From: Caulobacterales bacterium
GTDB lineage: Bacteria > Pseudomonadota > Alphaproteobacteria > Caulobacterales > Caulobacteraceae
NCBI GenBank assembly: GCA_044445825.1
Contig: JBIOEG010000003.1
Coordinates: 7,267-71,266, forward strand
Length of the DNA stretch: 64,000 nucleotides
Direction of reading: 5' to 3'
The notes under the pieces: generated by a model
What the model was told of the DNA's origin: nothing
What the model saw: only the letters and a program-made list of their open reading frames with translations
Databases searched by the model: none
Position numbers and translations under genes: made by a program
Shown here: piece after piece, positions 11,323 to 19,916 of the stretch
How positions within the stretch are numbered: position 1 is the stretch's first letter
Layout: each line of letters begins with the position of its first letter

Positions 11323-13374
11323 CTACTCCGCGGCGATCTTGGCGGCGCCGGCGGCCAGGGCCGAGCACTCGGCCATGGTCACGCTGGCGCGCGCGACGGG
11401 GTTGGTGAGATGGAACGCCCGGATCGGGCTGGCCAGCGGCGTGCTCGGCGCCTCGCCCGCTCCGCCGACCGCGCTCAGGTCAAACGTCGTCGGAATCGAG
11501 CCAGGCGCGAAATCGATCTGGCCGAACGTCGGATGGTCGGCGAACAGCTTGGCGCGCAGCTGGTCCAGGGTGTCGTAGGGCAGCTTCGAGCCCAGCCGCT
11601 CGGACAGGGCGCGCAGGATGGTCCAGTCCTCCTTGGCCTCACCCTTGGGGAACACCGCGCGCTCGCCGCGCTGCACGCGCCCTTCGGTGTTCACATAGAG
11701 CCCGTTCTTCTCGGTGTAGGCGGCGCCGGGCAGGATGACGTCCGCGCGGTGCGCGCCTGCGTCGCCATGCGTGCCGAGATAGACCACGAAGGCGTCGGTC
11801 TTCGACAGGTCGACCTCGTCTGCGCCCAGCAGGAAAAGCACGTCCAGCGCGCCCTTCTGGAGCATCTGGGCGGCGTTCTTGCCGCCTTCACCCGGGACGA
11901 AGCCGAGATCGAGGCCGCCTACGCGCGCCGCGGCGGCGTGCAGCACGTTCCAGCCGTTCCAGCCCTCGCGCACGATGTTGAAGGCGACCGCGAGGTCGGC
12001 GATGGCCTTCGCCGTGGCCGGATCCTTCAGCGCGCCCTGGCCGATGATGATCGCCGGCTTCTGCGCCGCCTTTAGCGCCTCGGCGAAGTCCGACTTCGAC
12101 CTCGCCAGGCCGGCGATCGCGGAGGCGTCGGCGCCCAGATGGTCGTAGCCGTAGGTGAGGTCAACGGCCTCGCCGATCAGGCCGAAGCGGGTCCTGCCCG
12201 ACAGCCAGAGCTTGCGCAGCCGGGCGTTCAGCACCGCGGCTTCCCAGCGCGGATTGGTTCCGATGAGCAGGACCACGTCCGCCTGCTCGACACCGGCCAG
12301 GGTGGAGTTGAACAACCAGCTCTCGCGCGGCCCGGCGCCCAGCACCGTCCCATCCTGCCGGCAGTCCAGGTTCTTCACCCCATTGCCGCCAAACAGGTCG
12401 AGCGCCGCCTTCATGGACTCGGCGTCCTGCAGGTCGCCGGCGATCACGCCGACTCGGTCCGGCGAGGTCTTCTGGATCGCGGCGGCCACCGCATCGAAAG
12501 CCTCGCGCCAGCTGGCCGGCCGCACCTTGCCGCCCCGGCGCACGAACGGGCTGTCCAGGCGCTGGCGCGACAGTCCGTCCACGGCGTACCGGGTCTTGTC
12601 GGAGATCCACTCCTCGTTCACCGCGTCATTGGTGCGCGGAAGCACTCGGAGCACCGCCGGCCCACGCGCGTCCACGCGGATCGCCGAGCCGAGGGCGTCC
12701 ATCACATCCACGCTCTCGGTCTTGGTCAGCTCCCAGGACCGGGCGTTGAAGGCGTAGGGTTTCGAGGTGAGCGCGCCCACCGGGCACAGGTCGATGATGT
12801 TGGCGGACAGCTCGCTGGTCACCGCGGCGTCGAGATAGGTGGTGATCTCCACGTCCTCGCCGCGGGAGATCAGGCCGATCTCCGGCACGCCGGCCACCTC
12901 GGTGATGAAGCGCACGCAGCGGGTGCATTGGATGCAGCGGGTCATCACCGTCTTGACCAGCGGACCCATGAACTTCTCTTCCACGGCCCGCTTGTTCTCG
13001 CCGTAGCGTGACGCATCGCGGCCGTAGCCCATGGACTGGTCCTGCAGGTCGCACTCGCCGCCCTGGTCGCAGATGGGGCAGTCCAGCGGGTGGTTGATCA
13101 GCAGGAACTCCATCACCCCCTGGCGGGCCTTCTTCACCATGGGCGAGTTGGTGATGATCTCCAGGCCCTCGGCGGCCGGCAGCGCGCAGCTGGCCTGCGG
13201 CTTGGGCGGCCCAGGCTTCACCTCCACCAGGCACATGCGGCAGTTGCCGGCGATGGATAGGCGCTCGTGGTAGCAGAAACGGGGGATCTCCTCCCCGGCC
13301 AGTTCCGCCACCTGCAGGACGGTCATACCGTTCTCGAACTCGACCTCGACGCCGTTGACCTTGGCCTTGGGCAT
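11323..13374 (-). CDS. nuoG: NADH-quinone oxidoreductase subunit G
   Basis: CYHERLSIAGNCRMC, HPLDCPICDQGGECDLQ and RCIQCTRC Fe-S motifs. Confidence 0.97.
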   Translation of the reverse strand: MPKAKVNGVEVEFENGMTVLQVAELAGEEIPRFCYHERLSIAGNCRMCLVEVKPGPPKPQASCALPAAEGLEIITNSPMVKKARQGVMEFLLINHPLDCPICDQGGECDLQDQSMGYGRDASRYGENKRAVEEKFMGPLVKTVMTRCIQCTRCVRFITEVAGVPEIGLISRGEDVEITTYLDAAVTSELSANIIDLCPVGALTSKPYAFNARSWELTKTESVDVMDALGSAIRVDARGPAVLRVLPRTNDAVNEEWISDKTRYAVDGLSRQRLDSPFVRRGGKVRPASWREAFDAVAAAIQKTSPDRVGVIAGDLQDAESMKAALDLFGGNGVKNLDCRQDGTVLGAGPRESWLFNSTLAGVEQADVVLLIGTNPRWEAAVLNARLRKLWLSGRTRFGLIGEAVDLTYGYDHLGADASAIAGLARSKSDFAEALKAAQKPAIIIGQGALKDPATAKAIADLAVAFNIVREGWNGWNVLHAAAARVGGLDLGFVPGEGGKNAAQMLQKGALDVLFLLGADEVDLSKTDAFVVYLGTHGDAGAHRADVILPGAAYTEKNGLYVNTEGRVQRGERAVFPKGEAKEDWTILRALSERLGSKLPYDTLDQLRAKLFADHPTFGQIDFAPGSIPTTFDLSAVGGAGEAPSTPLASPIRAFHLTNPVARASVTMAECSALAAGAAKIAAE

Positions 13375-13706
13375 GCGCGCTGACTCGTCGTCCTCGTGGC
13401 GGGCGGCCTGCGAGAGGCGCGCCGGGCGGCTGCGCGATAACCCGTCTGGGGCGGCAGGAACAGGGGTTTTCTCAGGTTCCCCGGCTATGGAGCGACCGAA
13501 TCGCCCAGTGGAAGCATTTCACCGTCCGCTCGCGTCGAAAACGGCGCTGAAGCACGGCGCGACGGTCCGTCGGCCGAGCTTCGGCTAACGAATCGGCGGG
13601 CGGCGCCGCGCAGAATCCGAGCCTGCGACTATTAGACGGTCTAACTGCAGCGTGATTTCACCTAACGGTAACTAAGCCGCCTGAAGGTGTCCGGTGGGGA
13701 AACGCC

Positions 13707-15521
13707 ATGTCGACACAAGCTGCAGGCGGTGGGAGTCTGTCCGAAGACGCAAGGCTGTTTCTCGCGTCGGCGCGTAACCTCACCAACCGCTTTGTCACCC
13801 TGACCATCACCATCGGCGCGGCATTGCCGATTCTCCCGCTGTCGGTGGTCGCGGTCTGGGGGGCGTGGGTGCTGGTGTGGGCCGCGGTGGAGTCGCGGCT
13901 GGCGAACGTGGTTCAAAGGCGGTCGGCCGAGGGCCACTCCACCTTCGCGGTGGTGGCCGCCGCCTTCGCGGCCGCCCGCGCGCCCTACTCCGTGATCGCG
14001 GCCCTGTTCTGGCAGAGCGGCACGCCGACCGCCCAGCTGTTCTCCATCGTGATCCTGTGCGTGTCGCTGCTCTATTCGCTGATGCAGCTCTATCCGAAAC
14101 CGAGCCTGTTCCTGCTGGCGATCTCCCCGCACCTGGCGGCGCTCGGCTACCTGTTCGGCGGCCTCGCGTTGCGGGACATCCGCCATGGCGCGCCGCTCAC
14201 GGCGGTGACGGTGCTGATGAGCGCGGCAGCGCTCTACCACTTCTTCAGCATCGCCCGGGCCCAGCTGGCCACATCCCGGTCGCTGCTGCGCGAGGCCCGC
14301 GCCAAGGCCGTGCAGCACGGGGTGGAAGCCGAGGCGGCGACCCGCGCCAAGAGCACCTTCCTGGCGGTGATGAGCCACGAGATCCGCACGCCGCTGAACG
14401 GCATCATGGGCATGGCCCAGGCGCTGTCCTTCGACACCCTCACCGAGCGGCAGCGTCAGCAGGTGTCGATCATCCGTGAGTCCGGCGACGCGCTGCTGTC
14501 CATCCTCAACGACGTGCTCGATCTGTCTAAGATCGAAGCGGGCAAGCTCGACCTGGAGGAGATCGAGTTCGACATCGACGACCTGGTCCGAGGGGCCCAC
14601 GCCGCCTTCACGGCCCTCGCCAACAAGAAGGGCCTGGACTTCAACCTCTCGATCGGGCGGCAGGCGCGGGGCGTCTATCTGGGCGATCCGACCCGGGTGC
14701 GGCAGATCGTCTACAATCTCATCTCCAACGCCCTGAAATTCACCGACGCCGGCGAGGTGCGCGTGCTGGTCGACCGCGTGGACGGCCGGCTGACCATCGC
14801 CGTGTCCGACACGGGGGTGGGGATTTCCGCCGACCAAATACACCTTCTGTTCGACAAGTTCGTCCAGGCCGACGCCTCCACCACACGCCGATTCGGCGGC
14901 ACCGGCCTTGGCCTGTCCATCTGCTTCGAGCTGGTCCAGGCGATGAGCGGCGCGATCACGCCGACCAGCGAAGTCGACAAGGGCTCGACCTTCACCGTGT
15001 CGTTGCCCCTGCCCCGCATCGGCGAGCCGAGGTCTTCCGACACCCAGGACGAGGCTGCGCAGTCGCCCACCCCGGCGCAACCAGCTCCGAACGCCTCGGC
15101 GGAGGTCCGCGTGCTGGCGGCGGAGGACAACGCCATGAACCAGCTCGTGCTGAAGACGCTGCTCGCCGAGATGGGAATCTCGCCCACCGTCGTCGCCAAC
15201 GGCGAGGAGGCCGTGGAAGCCTGGGCGACCGGCCAATGGGACGCCATCCTGATGGACGTGCAGATGCCCGTGATGGACGGGCCCACCGCCACTCGCATCA
15301 TCCGCGAGCGGGAGGCCACGAGCGGCCGCGCGCGCACGCCGATCATCGCCCTGACCGCCAATGTCATGAGCCACCAGGTGCTGGAATATGTCGCCAGCGG
15401 CATGGACGGGCACGTCGCCAAGCCGATCGAAGCCGGCAAGCTCTTCGAGGCCCTGGACGCCGTGCTGGCCGGCGAGGAAGACGCGGCCGATCAGGGGGCG
15501 GTGCAGGCCGCGGCCGGCTGA
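13707..15521 (+). CDS. Membrane-bound hybrid sensor histidine kinase (HisKA-HATPase-REC)
   Basis: N-terminal hydrophobic helices; MSHEIRTPLNG H-box; NALKFT, DTGVG and GGTGLGL; REC with MDVQMP and KP. Confidence 0.93.
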   Translation: MSTQAAGGGSLSEDARLFLASARNLTNRFVTLTITIGAALPILPLSVVAVWGAWVLVWAAVESRLANVVQRRSAEGHSTFAVVAAAFAAARAPYSVIAALFWQSGTPTAQLFSIVILCVSLLYSLMQLYPKPSLFLLAISPHLAALGYLFGGLALRDIRHGAPLTAVTVLMSAAALYHFFSIARAQLATSRSLLREARAKAVQHGVEAEAATRAKSTFLAVMSHEIRTPLNGIMGMAQALSFDTLTERQRQQVSIIRESGDALLSILNDVLDLSKIEAGKLDLEEIEFDIDDLVRGAHAAFTALANKKGLDFNLSIGRQARGVYLGDPTRVRQIVYNLISNALKFTDAGEVRVLVDRVDGRLTIAVSDTGVGISADQIHLLFDKFVQADASTTRRFGGTGLGLSICFELVQAMSGAITPTSEVDKGSTFTVSLPLPRIGEPRSSDTQDEAAQSPTPAQPAPNASAEVRVLAAEDNAMNQLVLKTLLAEMGISPTVVANGEEAVEAWATGQWDAILMDVQMPVMDGPTATRIIREREATSGRARTPIIALTANVMSHQVLEYVASGMDGHVAKPIEAGKLFEALDAVLAGEEDAADQGAVQAAAG

Positions 15522-15525
15522 CCGC

Positions 15526-16173
15526 TTACCAGCCCGTCGGCACGCCTTGCGTCCGGGCCGCCGCGTCCTGGGCGGCCATCGCCTGGGCGTAGCTGGGCTG
15601 CTCCGTCAGGCGCGCCCAGTAGGCCTTGGCGGCGTCCGGCAGGTCGTCCCCAAGACCGATCGACCCGGCCAGCTTGAAGGCGTAGCCCACGGAGATGTCG
15701 GCGGCGGTGAAGCGGCCGGCGCAGATGAAGCCCCGGCTGAGGGCCGTCTCCACCGCCCGCGTTCGGGCCAGGAACCAGCGCGCGTAGTCGTCGGCCGCCT
15801 GGGTCGCGCGCCGCTCCGGCGGCTCCAGCCGGCGGTAGCGCAGCACCAGGGTCTGCGGAAAGGTCAGGGTCGCCTCGCCGAAATGCAGCCAGTTGAGGTA
15901 GGCGCCGTAGTCCGGCTCGTCGACCCGCACGCCGAGTCCGCCGGCGCCGTGCCGGTCGGCCAGGTACTGGCAGATCGCGGCGGACTCGGTCATGCGCAGT
16001 TCGCCGTCGAAGAACGCCGGAATGGTGCCGAGCGGATTGACCTCCAGATATTCCCGCTGAAGCGCACGCGGCGGAAACGGCAGCATCTTCAGTTCATAGG
16101 ACAGCCCCAGAGCCTCCAGGGCCCAAAGCGGCCGGAACGATCGGGCGTTGTAGCAGTGATAGAGGGTGAGCAT
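15526..16173 (-). CDS. Glutathione S-transferase family protein
   Basis: NPLGTIP, ESAAICQYL and FTAADI motifs. Confidence 0.9.
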   Translation of the reverse strand: MLTLYHCYNARSFRPLWALEALGLSYELKMLPFPPRALQREYLEVNPLGTIPAFFDGELRMTESAAICQYLADRHGAGGLGVRVDEPDYGAYLNWLHFGEATLTFPQTLVLRYRRLEPPERRATQAADDYARWFLARTRAVETALSRGFICAGRFTAADISVGYAFKLAGSIGLGDDLPDAAKAYWARLTEQPSYAQAMAAQDAAARTQGVPTGW

Positions 16174-16262
16174 TCTGGGCCGTTCCCTGGCGTAGCGGTT
16201 TGGGGCGTGACCTTGCTGTGTCGGCGGGTCTCAAGCCAAGCTCAATCTCGACGGAGAAGATC

Positions 16263-17738
16263 GTGTACGACGTGATCGTGGTGGGCGGCGGCAACGCGGC
16301 GTTCGCGGCGGCCATAGCCGCTGCGGAACGGGGCGCGAAGGTGGTGATGCTGGAGCGCGCGCCGCTGGAGGAGGCGGGCGGCAATACCCGCTTCACCGCC
16401 GGCGCCATCCGCTTCGCCTACGAGGGCGTCGACGACCTGCGCCGCCTGATGCCCGATCTGACCGACGACGAGGTCGCCCGCAGCGACTTCGGGACCTACA
16501 CAGAGGGCCAGTTCTTCGAGGATATGGGCCGCCTCACCGAGTACCGCACCGATCCGGAGCTGTGCGAACTGCTGGTGCGGCGCAGCCGCGAGACCCTGTT
16601 CTGGATGCAAGGCAAGGGCGTGCGCTTCGCCCCGATCTGGGGTCGTCAGGCATTCCTGGTGGATGGCAGGTTCAAGTTCTGGGGCGGCCTGACCGTCGAG
16701 GCGGCAGGCGGCGGGCCGGGCCTGGTGGATGCCTGGAGCGCCATCGCGCGTGGGGCGGGAATCGAGATCCGTTACGGCGCCCGTGCGCTGTCGTTGATCG
16801 CCGGCGACGAGGGCGTCAAGGGCGTGCGCGTGCGCCAGGACGGCAGGACCGCCGACCTCATGGCCAAGGCCGTGGTGCTGGCCGCGGGCGGCTTCCAGGC
16901 CAATGTGGAGTGGCGCACGCGCTATCTAGGCCCGGGCTGGGACACCGCCAAGGTGCGCGGCACGCGGTTCAACACCGGCGACGGCCTGCGCATGGCCCTG
17001 GACATCGGCGCCATGGCCGCGGGCCAGTGGTCCGGCTGCCACGCGGTGGGCTGGGAGCGCAACGCGCCGGAGTTCGGCGACCTGGCGGTGGGCGACGGAT
17101 TCCAGAAGCACTCCTACCCCTTCGGCGTGATGCTCAACGCCAACGGCGAGCGGTTCGTCGACGAGGGGGCCGACTTTCGCAACTACACCTACGCCAAGTA
17201 CGGCCGCGTGATCCTGGCCCAGCCCGGCCAGTTCGCCTGGCAGATCTTCGACGCCAAGGTGAAGCATCTGCTGCGCGACGAGTACCGCATCAAACAGGTG
17301 ACCAAGGTCTCGGCGGACACTCTCGAGGCGCTGGTGGAGAAACTCGACGACGTGAACCACGGCCGGGCGCTCGAGACCCTGCTGGCCTACAACGCTGCGG
17401 TGCGCACCGACGTACCCTTCGACCCCAATGTGAAGGACGCTCGCGGCACGGCGGGCCTGGCGATCCCTAAATCCAACTGGGCCAATCGCCTCGATGCGCC
17501 GCCTTTCGAAGCCTACGCCGTCACCTGCGGCGTCACCTTCACCTTCGGCGGCCTGCGCATCACCCGCGACGCCCAGGTGCTGGACTCCGACATGGCCCCG
17601 ATCTCCGGCCTCTACGCAGCGGGCGAGATGGTCGGCGGCCTGTTCTACAACAACTATCCCGGCGGCAGCGGTCTCGCCGCCGGCGCGGTGTTCGGCAAGA
17701 TCGCCGGAGCGTCGGCCGGCGCCGCGTCGTTGGCCTGA
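16263..17738 (+). CDS. tcuA: FAD-dependent oxidoreductase, tricarballylate dehydrogenase TcuA-like
   Basis: DVIVVGGGNAA FAD fold; GGNTRFTAG, FVDEGAD, TFTFGGL and NYPGGSGL; GTG start at 16263 with a GGAG RBS; no tcuB/tcuC adjacent. Confidence 0.75.
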   Translation: MYDVIVVGGGNAAFAAAIAAAERGAKVVMLERAPLEEAGGNTRFTAGAIRFAYEGVDDLRRLMPDLTDDEVARSDFGTYTEGQFFEDMGRLTEYRTDPELCELLVRRSRETLFWMQGKGVRFAPIWGRQAFLVDGRFKFWGGLTVEAAGGGPGLVDAWSAIARGAGIEIRYGARALSLIAGDEGVKGVRVRQDGRTADLMAKAVVLAAGGFQANVEWRTRYLGPGWDTAKVRGTRFNTGDGLRMALDIGAMAAGQWSGCHAVGWERNAPEFGDLAVGDGFQKHSYPFGVMLNANGERFVDEGADFRNYTYAKYGRVILAQPGQFAWQIFDAKVKHLLRDEYRIKQVTKVSADTLEALVEKLDDVNHGRALETLLAYNAAVRTDVPFDPNVKDARGTAGLAIPKSNWANRLDAPPFEAYAVTCGVTFTFGGLRITRDAQVLDSDMAPISGLYAAGEMVGGLFYNNYPGGSGLAAGAVFGKIAGASAGAASLA

Positions 17739-18557
17739 TCAGGCCGTTTCCGCCACGAACCGCTCCAGCAGCGGGTTGAACCGCTCCGGCGCTTGCCAGA
17801 AGGGCGCGTGGCCGAGCCCGGCCAGGCTGTGCACCTTGCCGTCCCAGAGGTTCGCATAGCGCACCGTCTCGAAGTAGGCGGGGTTGATGAACGCATCTTC
17901 CGCGCCGTTGACGATCGCCAGCGGAATCCTCGACGTCTCCGCGATCCGCCGCTGGTCGTCCACCTGGCCGGAGAGGGCGTTGGCGAAGAAGGTCTCCCGG
18001 GCGATCCCAGGGGTGCGCCGGGCCGCGGCGAGCATGAACGGCTCGAAAGGCGCGTCGGCGCCGGCGGTGGCGCGGGCGTAGGCTTCCGCGTCCGCGTCGG
18101 TCCAGCCGCCCGATCCCGCGAGCGCCATGTGTTCGCTCGGCTTGAAGCCCCGGGCGACGCCTTCCATTCCGCCGGGCACGGGCGGGGTCCCGCTGATCAT
18201 CACCCCTGTGAGGCCGCCGAAGCGCGAGATCATGTCCAGCGCCACGTGTCCGCCGAGGGACCAGCCGAGGACCGTGGCCCGCGTCACGCCGAGCCGGCCC
18301 AGAACCTCCAGCGCCGCCGAGGCGTAGCCGTTCAGAGTGTAGCCCGTCGCCGGATCCCGGGCGTCGCCGGACGCGCCGTGGCCGGGCAGGTCCATGGCGA
18401 TCAGCCGCAGCTTGTCGGCCAACGGGCTTTCGAACTGGCGCCGGAAGATCTCCTTGCACGAGGAATTGCCGTGCAGCATCAGCACCGCGGGTCCCGCACC
18501 TTCGCTGTCCAGCACCGCGATGTCGGCGACCGAGGTCGGCGCGGTGATGGTCTTCAT
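17739..18557 (-). CDS. Alpha/beta hydrolase
   Basis: HGNSS, DLPGHG, GWSLGG nucleophile elbow and GHAP; start reassigned to ATG 18557 (GGAGG RBS). Confidence 0.88.
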   Translation of the reverse strand: MKTITAPTSVADIAVLDSEGAGPAVLMLHGNSSCKEIFRRQFESPLADKLRLIAMDLPGHGASGDARDPATGYTLNGYASAALEVLGRLGVTRATVLGWSLGGHVALDMISRFGGLTGVMISGTPPVPGGMEGVARGFKPSEHMALAGSGGWTDADAEAYARATAGADAPFEPFMLAAARRTPGIARETFFANALSGQVDDQRRIAETSRIPLAIVNGAEDAFINPAYFETVRYANLWDGKVHSLAGLGHAPFWQAPERFNPLLERFVAETA

Positions 18558-18678
18558 CGGCGTCCGGCCCTCCAGCGGGGTGCAGCAATTCCTTTCGTTG
18601 TGCAGTACGCTGGCGGCGTTTCGCGAGCAATGCGCGGCGCCCAGCGCGACGCTGTCGCCCTTTCGTACCTGGAGCGCC

Positions 18679-19458
18679 ATGTTCATTACACGCCGCCGTT
18701 TCACGCATCTCCTTACCGGCACGACGGCCGCCGGCGCGCTTGCCGGCCTCGCTGCCCCGCTCGTGCGGGCGCAGGGCTACGAGGACATGCCGAACGTGTT
18801 CTACAGTCCGCACGGCAAGCCGTTCCGCGCCAAGACGGGCGCGCCTTATCCAGTGGCCGACTGGTTCACCCAGGCCGACAAGGACGCAGACGGCAAGCTC
18901 GACCACGCGGAGTTCATCGCCGACGCCGCCGCCTTCTTCGCCGTCCTCGACCTCAACGGCGACGGCGTGCTCGATCCCTATGAGATCTCGCTCTACGAAC
19001 ACCGCGTCGCGCCGGAGATCCTCGGCTATCGCGTGAATGTCGCCGCCGGACGATCGCGCGCGGGACCGGACGGGGCGCGGCTTTGGCTGGCGCAGTACGG
19101 GGGAGGAGGAGGAGGAGGATCGCCTGGCCAGCCCGAGCTGGGGCCCCCGGAGGGCAGCATCGATCCGGGCGGCAGCCGGCCGAATGAGCCGACGCGGCCC
19201 AAGGAAGACCTGGAGCTGGGGACCGGCGCCTCCCCCTTCAGCCTGCTGCGCGAGCCCGAGCCGGTCACTGCCGGGGACCCTGAATTCGTGACCAGGGGCA
19301 CGGTCCGCAAGGCCGCCTTCCTGCGCCACGCCGACGACAACTTCACCGCCCTCGACGGCGACGGGGTGGGCTACCTCACCCTGGCCGGGCTGCCGAAAAC
19401 GCCTGTCCAGGCGCTCATCGAGCGCGAACACCACGGGCGCAGGGCGAGCCGACGCTGA
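18679..19458 (+). CDS. Tat-signal EF-hand protein
   Basis: TRRRF twin-arginine signal; EF loops DKDADGKLDHAE and DLNGDGVLDPYE; GGAG RBS before ATG 18679. Confidence 0.75.
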   Translation: MFITRRRFTHLLTGTTAAGALAGLAAPLVRAQGYEDMPNVFYSPHGKPFRAKTGAPYPVADWFTQADKDADGKLDHAEFIADAAAFFAVLDLNGDGVLDPYEISLYEHRVAPEILGYRVNVAAGRSRAGPDGARLWLAQYGGGGGGGSPGQPELGPPEGSIDPGGSRPNEPTRPKEDLELGTGASPFSLLREPEPVTAGDPEFVTRGTVRKAAFLRHADDNFTALDGDGVGYLTLAGLPKTPVQALIEREHHGRRASRR

Positions 19459-19505
19459 CGAAGGCGCGATCAGGACCGCTGTCGGGGAGCCGCGACTATC
19501 GATTC

Positions 19506-19814
19506 GTGTCGCTCGATTCGGCGATGCAGCCGGTTCGCGAAATGACCCTCATCTGTCCCGACGACGTCGGCGCCCTGTTGATCGCTGGGCGGGTCGGCGC
19601 AGGCGCCTCGGTGCAGGTGTGGGACGAACAGCGCTTCGTCGGCCTGGTGGACGCGCCCGAAACCGGAGAGACGACGACGCCCGATCCCCCATCCGCCGCG
19701 ACGCCCGCACCTGACCTGGCGGCGCCCTCCGGCGACGAGGCTCGCACCGAGCGGCCGAGGGCGTTCAACCCCTTCCGCCGAGGCGTCTGGCGCCGAAGCG
19801 ACGGCAGCGGCTAG
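19506..19814 (+). CDS. Hypothetical protein
   Basis: Open frame between two + strand genes; no recognisable motif; start uncertain. Confidence 0.4.
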   Translation: MSLDSAMQPVREMTLICPDDVGALLIAGRVGAGASVQVWDEQRFVGLVDAPETGETTTPDPPSAATPAPDLAAPSGDEARTERPRAFNPFRRGVWRRSDGSG

Positions 19815-19916
19815 ACGGGGCGCCGCTGGGAGCGATTGCCAGGGAGAAACTTTGCCTTAAGACTTCGCCGCATCAGCGAGCTCACGCATCCTGGAAAGCG
19901 TGGCGGTGGGGCGGAA

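Noticed and set aside
10019-11368. 449-aa ORF overlapping nuoH
   Set aside because: Only the last 77 codons (from ATG 10252) look coding; the rest is an alternate frame of nuoH
204-13234. Long opposite-strand and alternate-frame ORFs over rnj-nuo (for example 204-1988, 2876-4906, 4518-6602)
   Set aside because: Shadow ORFs expected from high GC and codon bias; they overlap well-supported genes and have no motifs
13630-13680. Possible CtrA site (CTAA/TTAG motifs) upstream of the hybrid kinase
   Set aside because: Neither spacing nor half-sites match TTAA-N7-TTAA
19100-19120. (GGA)n run as a phase-variable repeat
   Set aside because: In-frame trinucleotide repeat encoding a poly-Gly linker; length changes would not shift the frame
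18679-19458. Lanmodulin
   Set aside because: EF loops lack Pro at position 2, and the size and layout differ; kept only as a generic EF-hand protein
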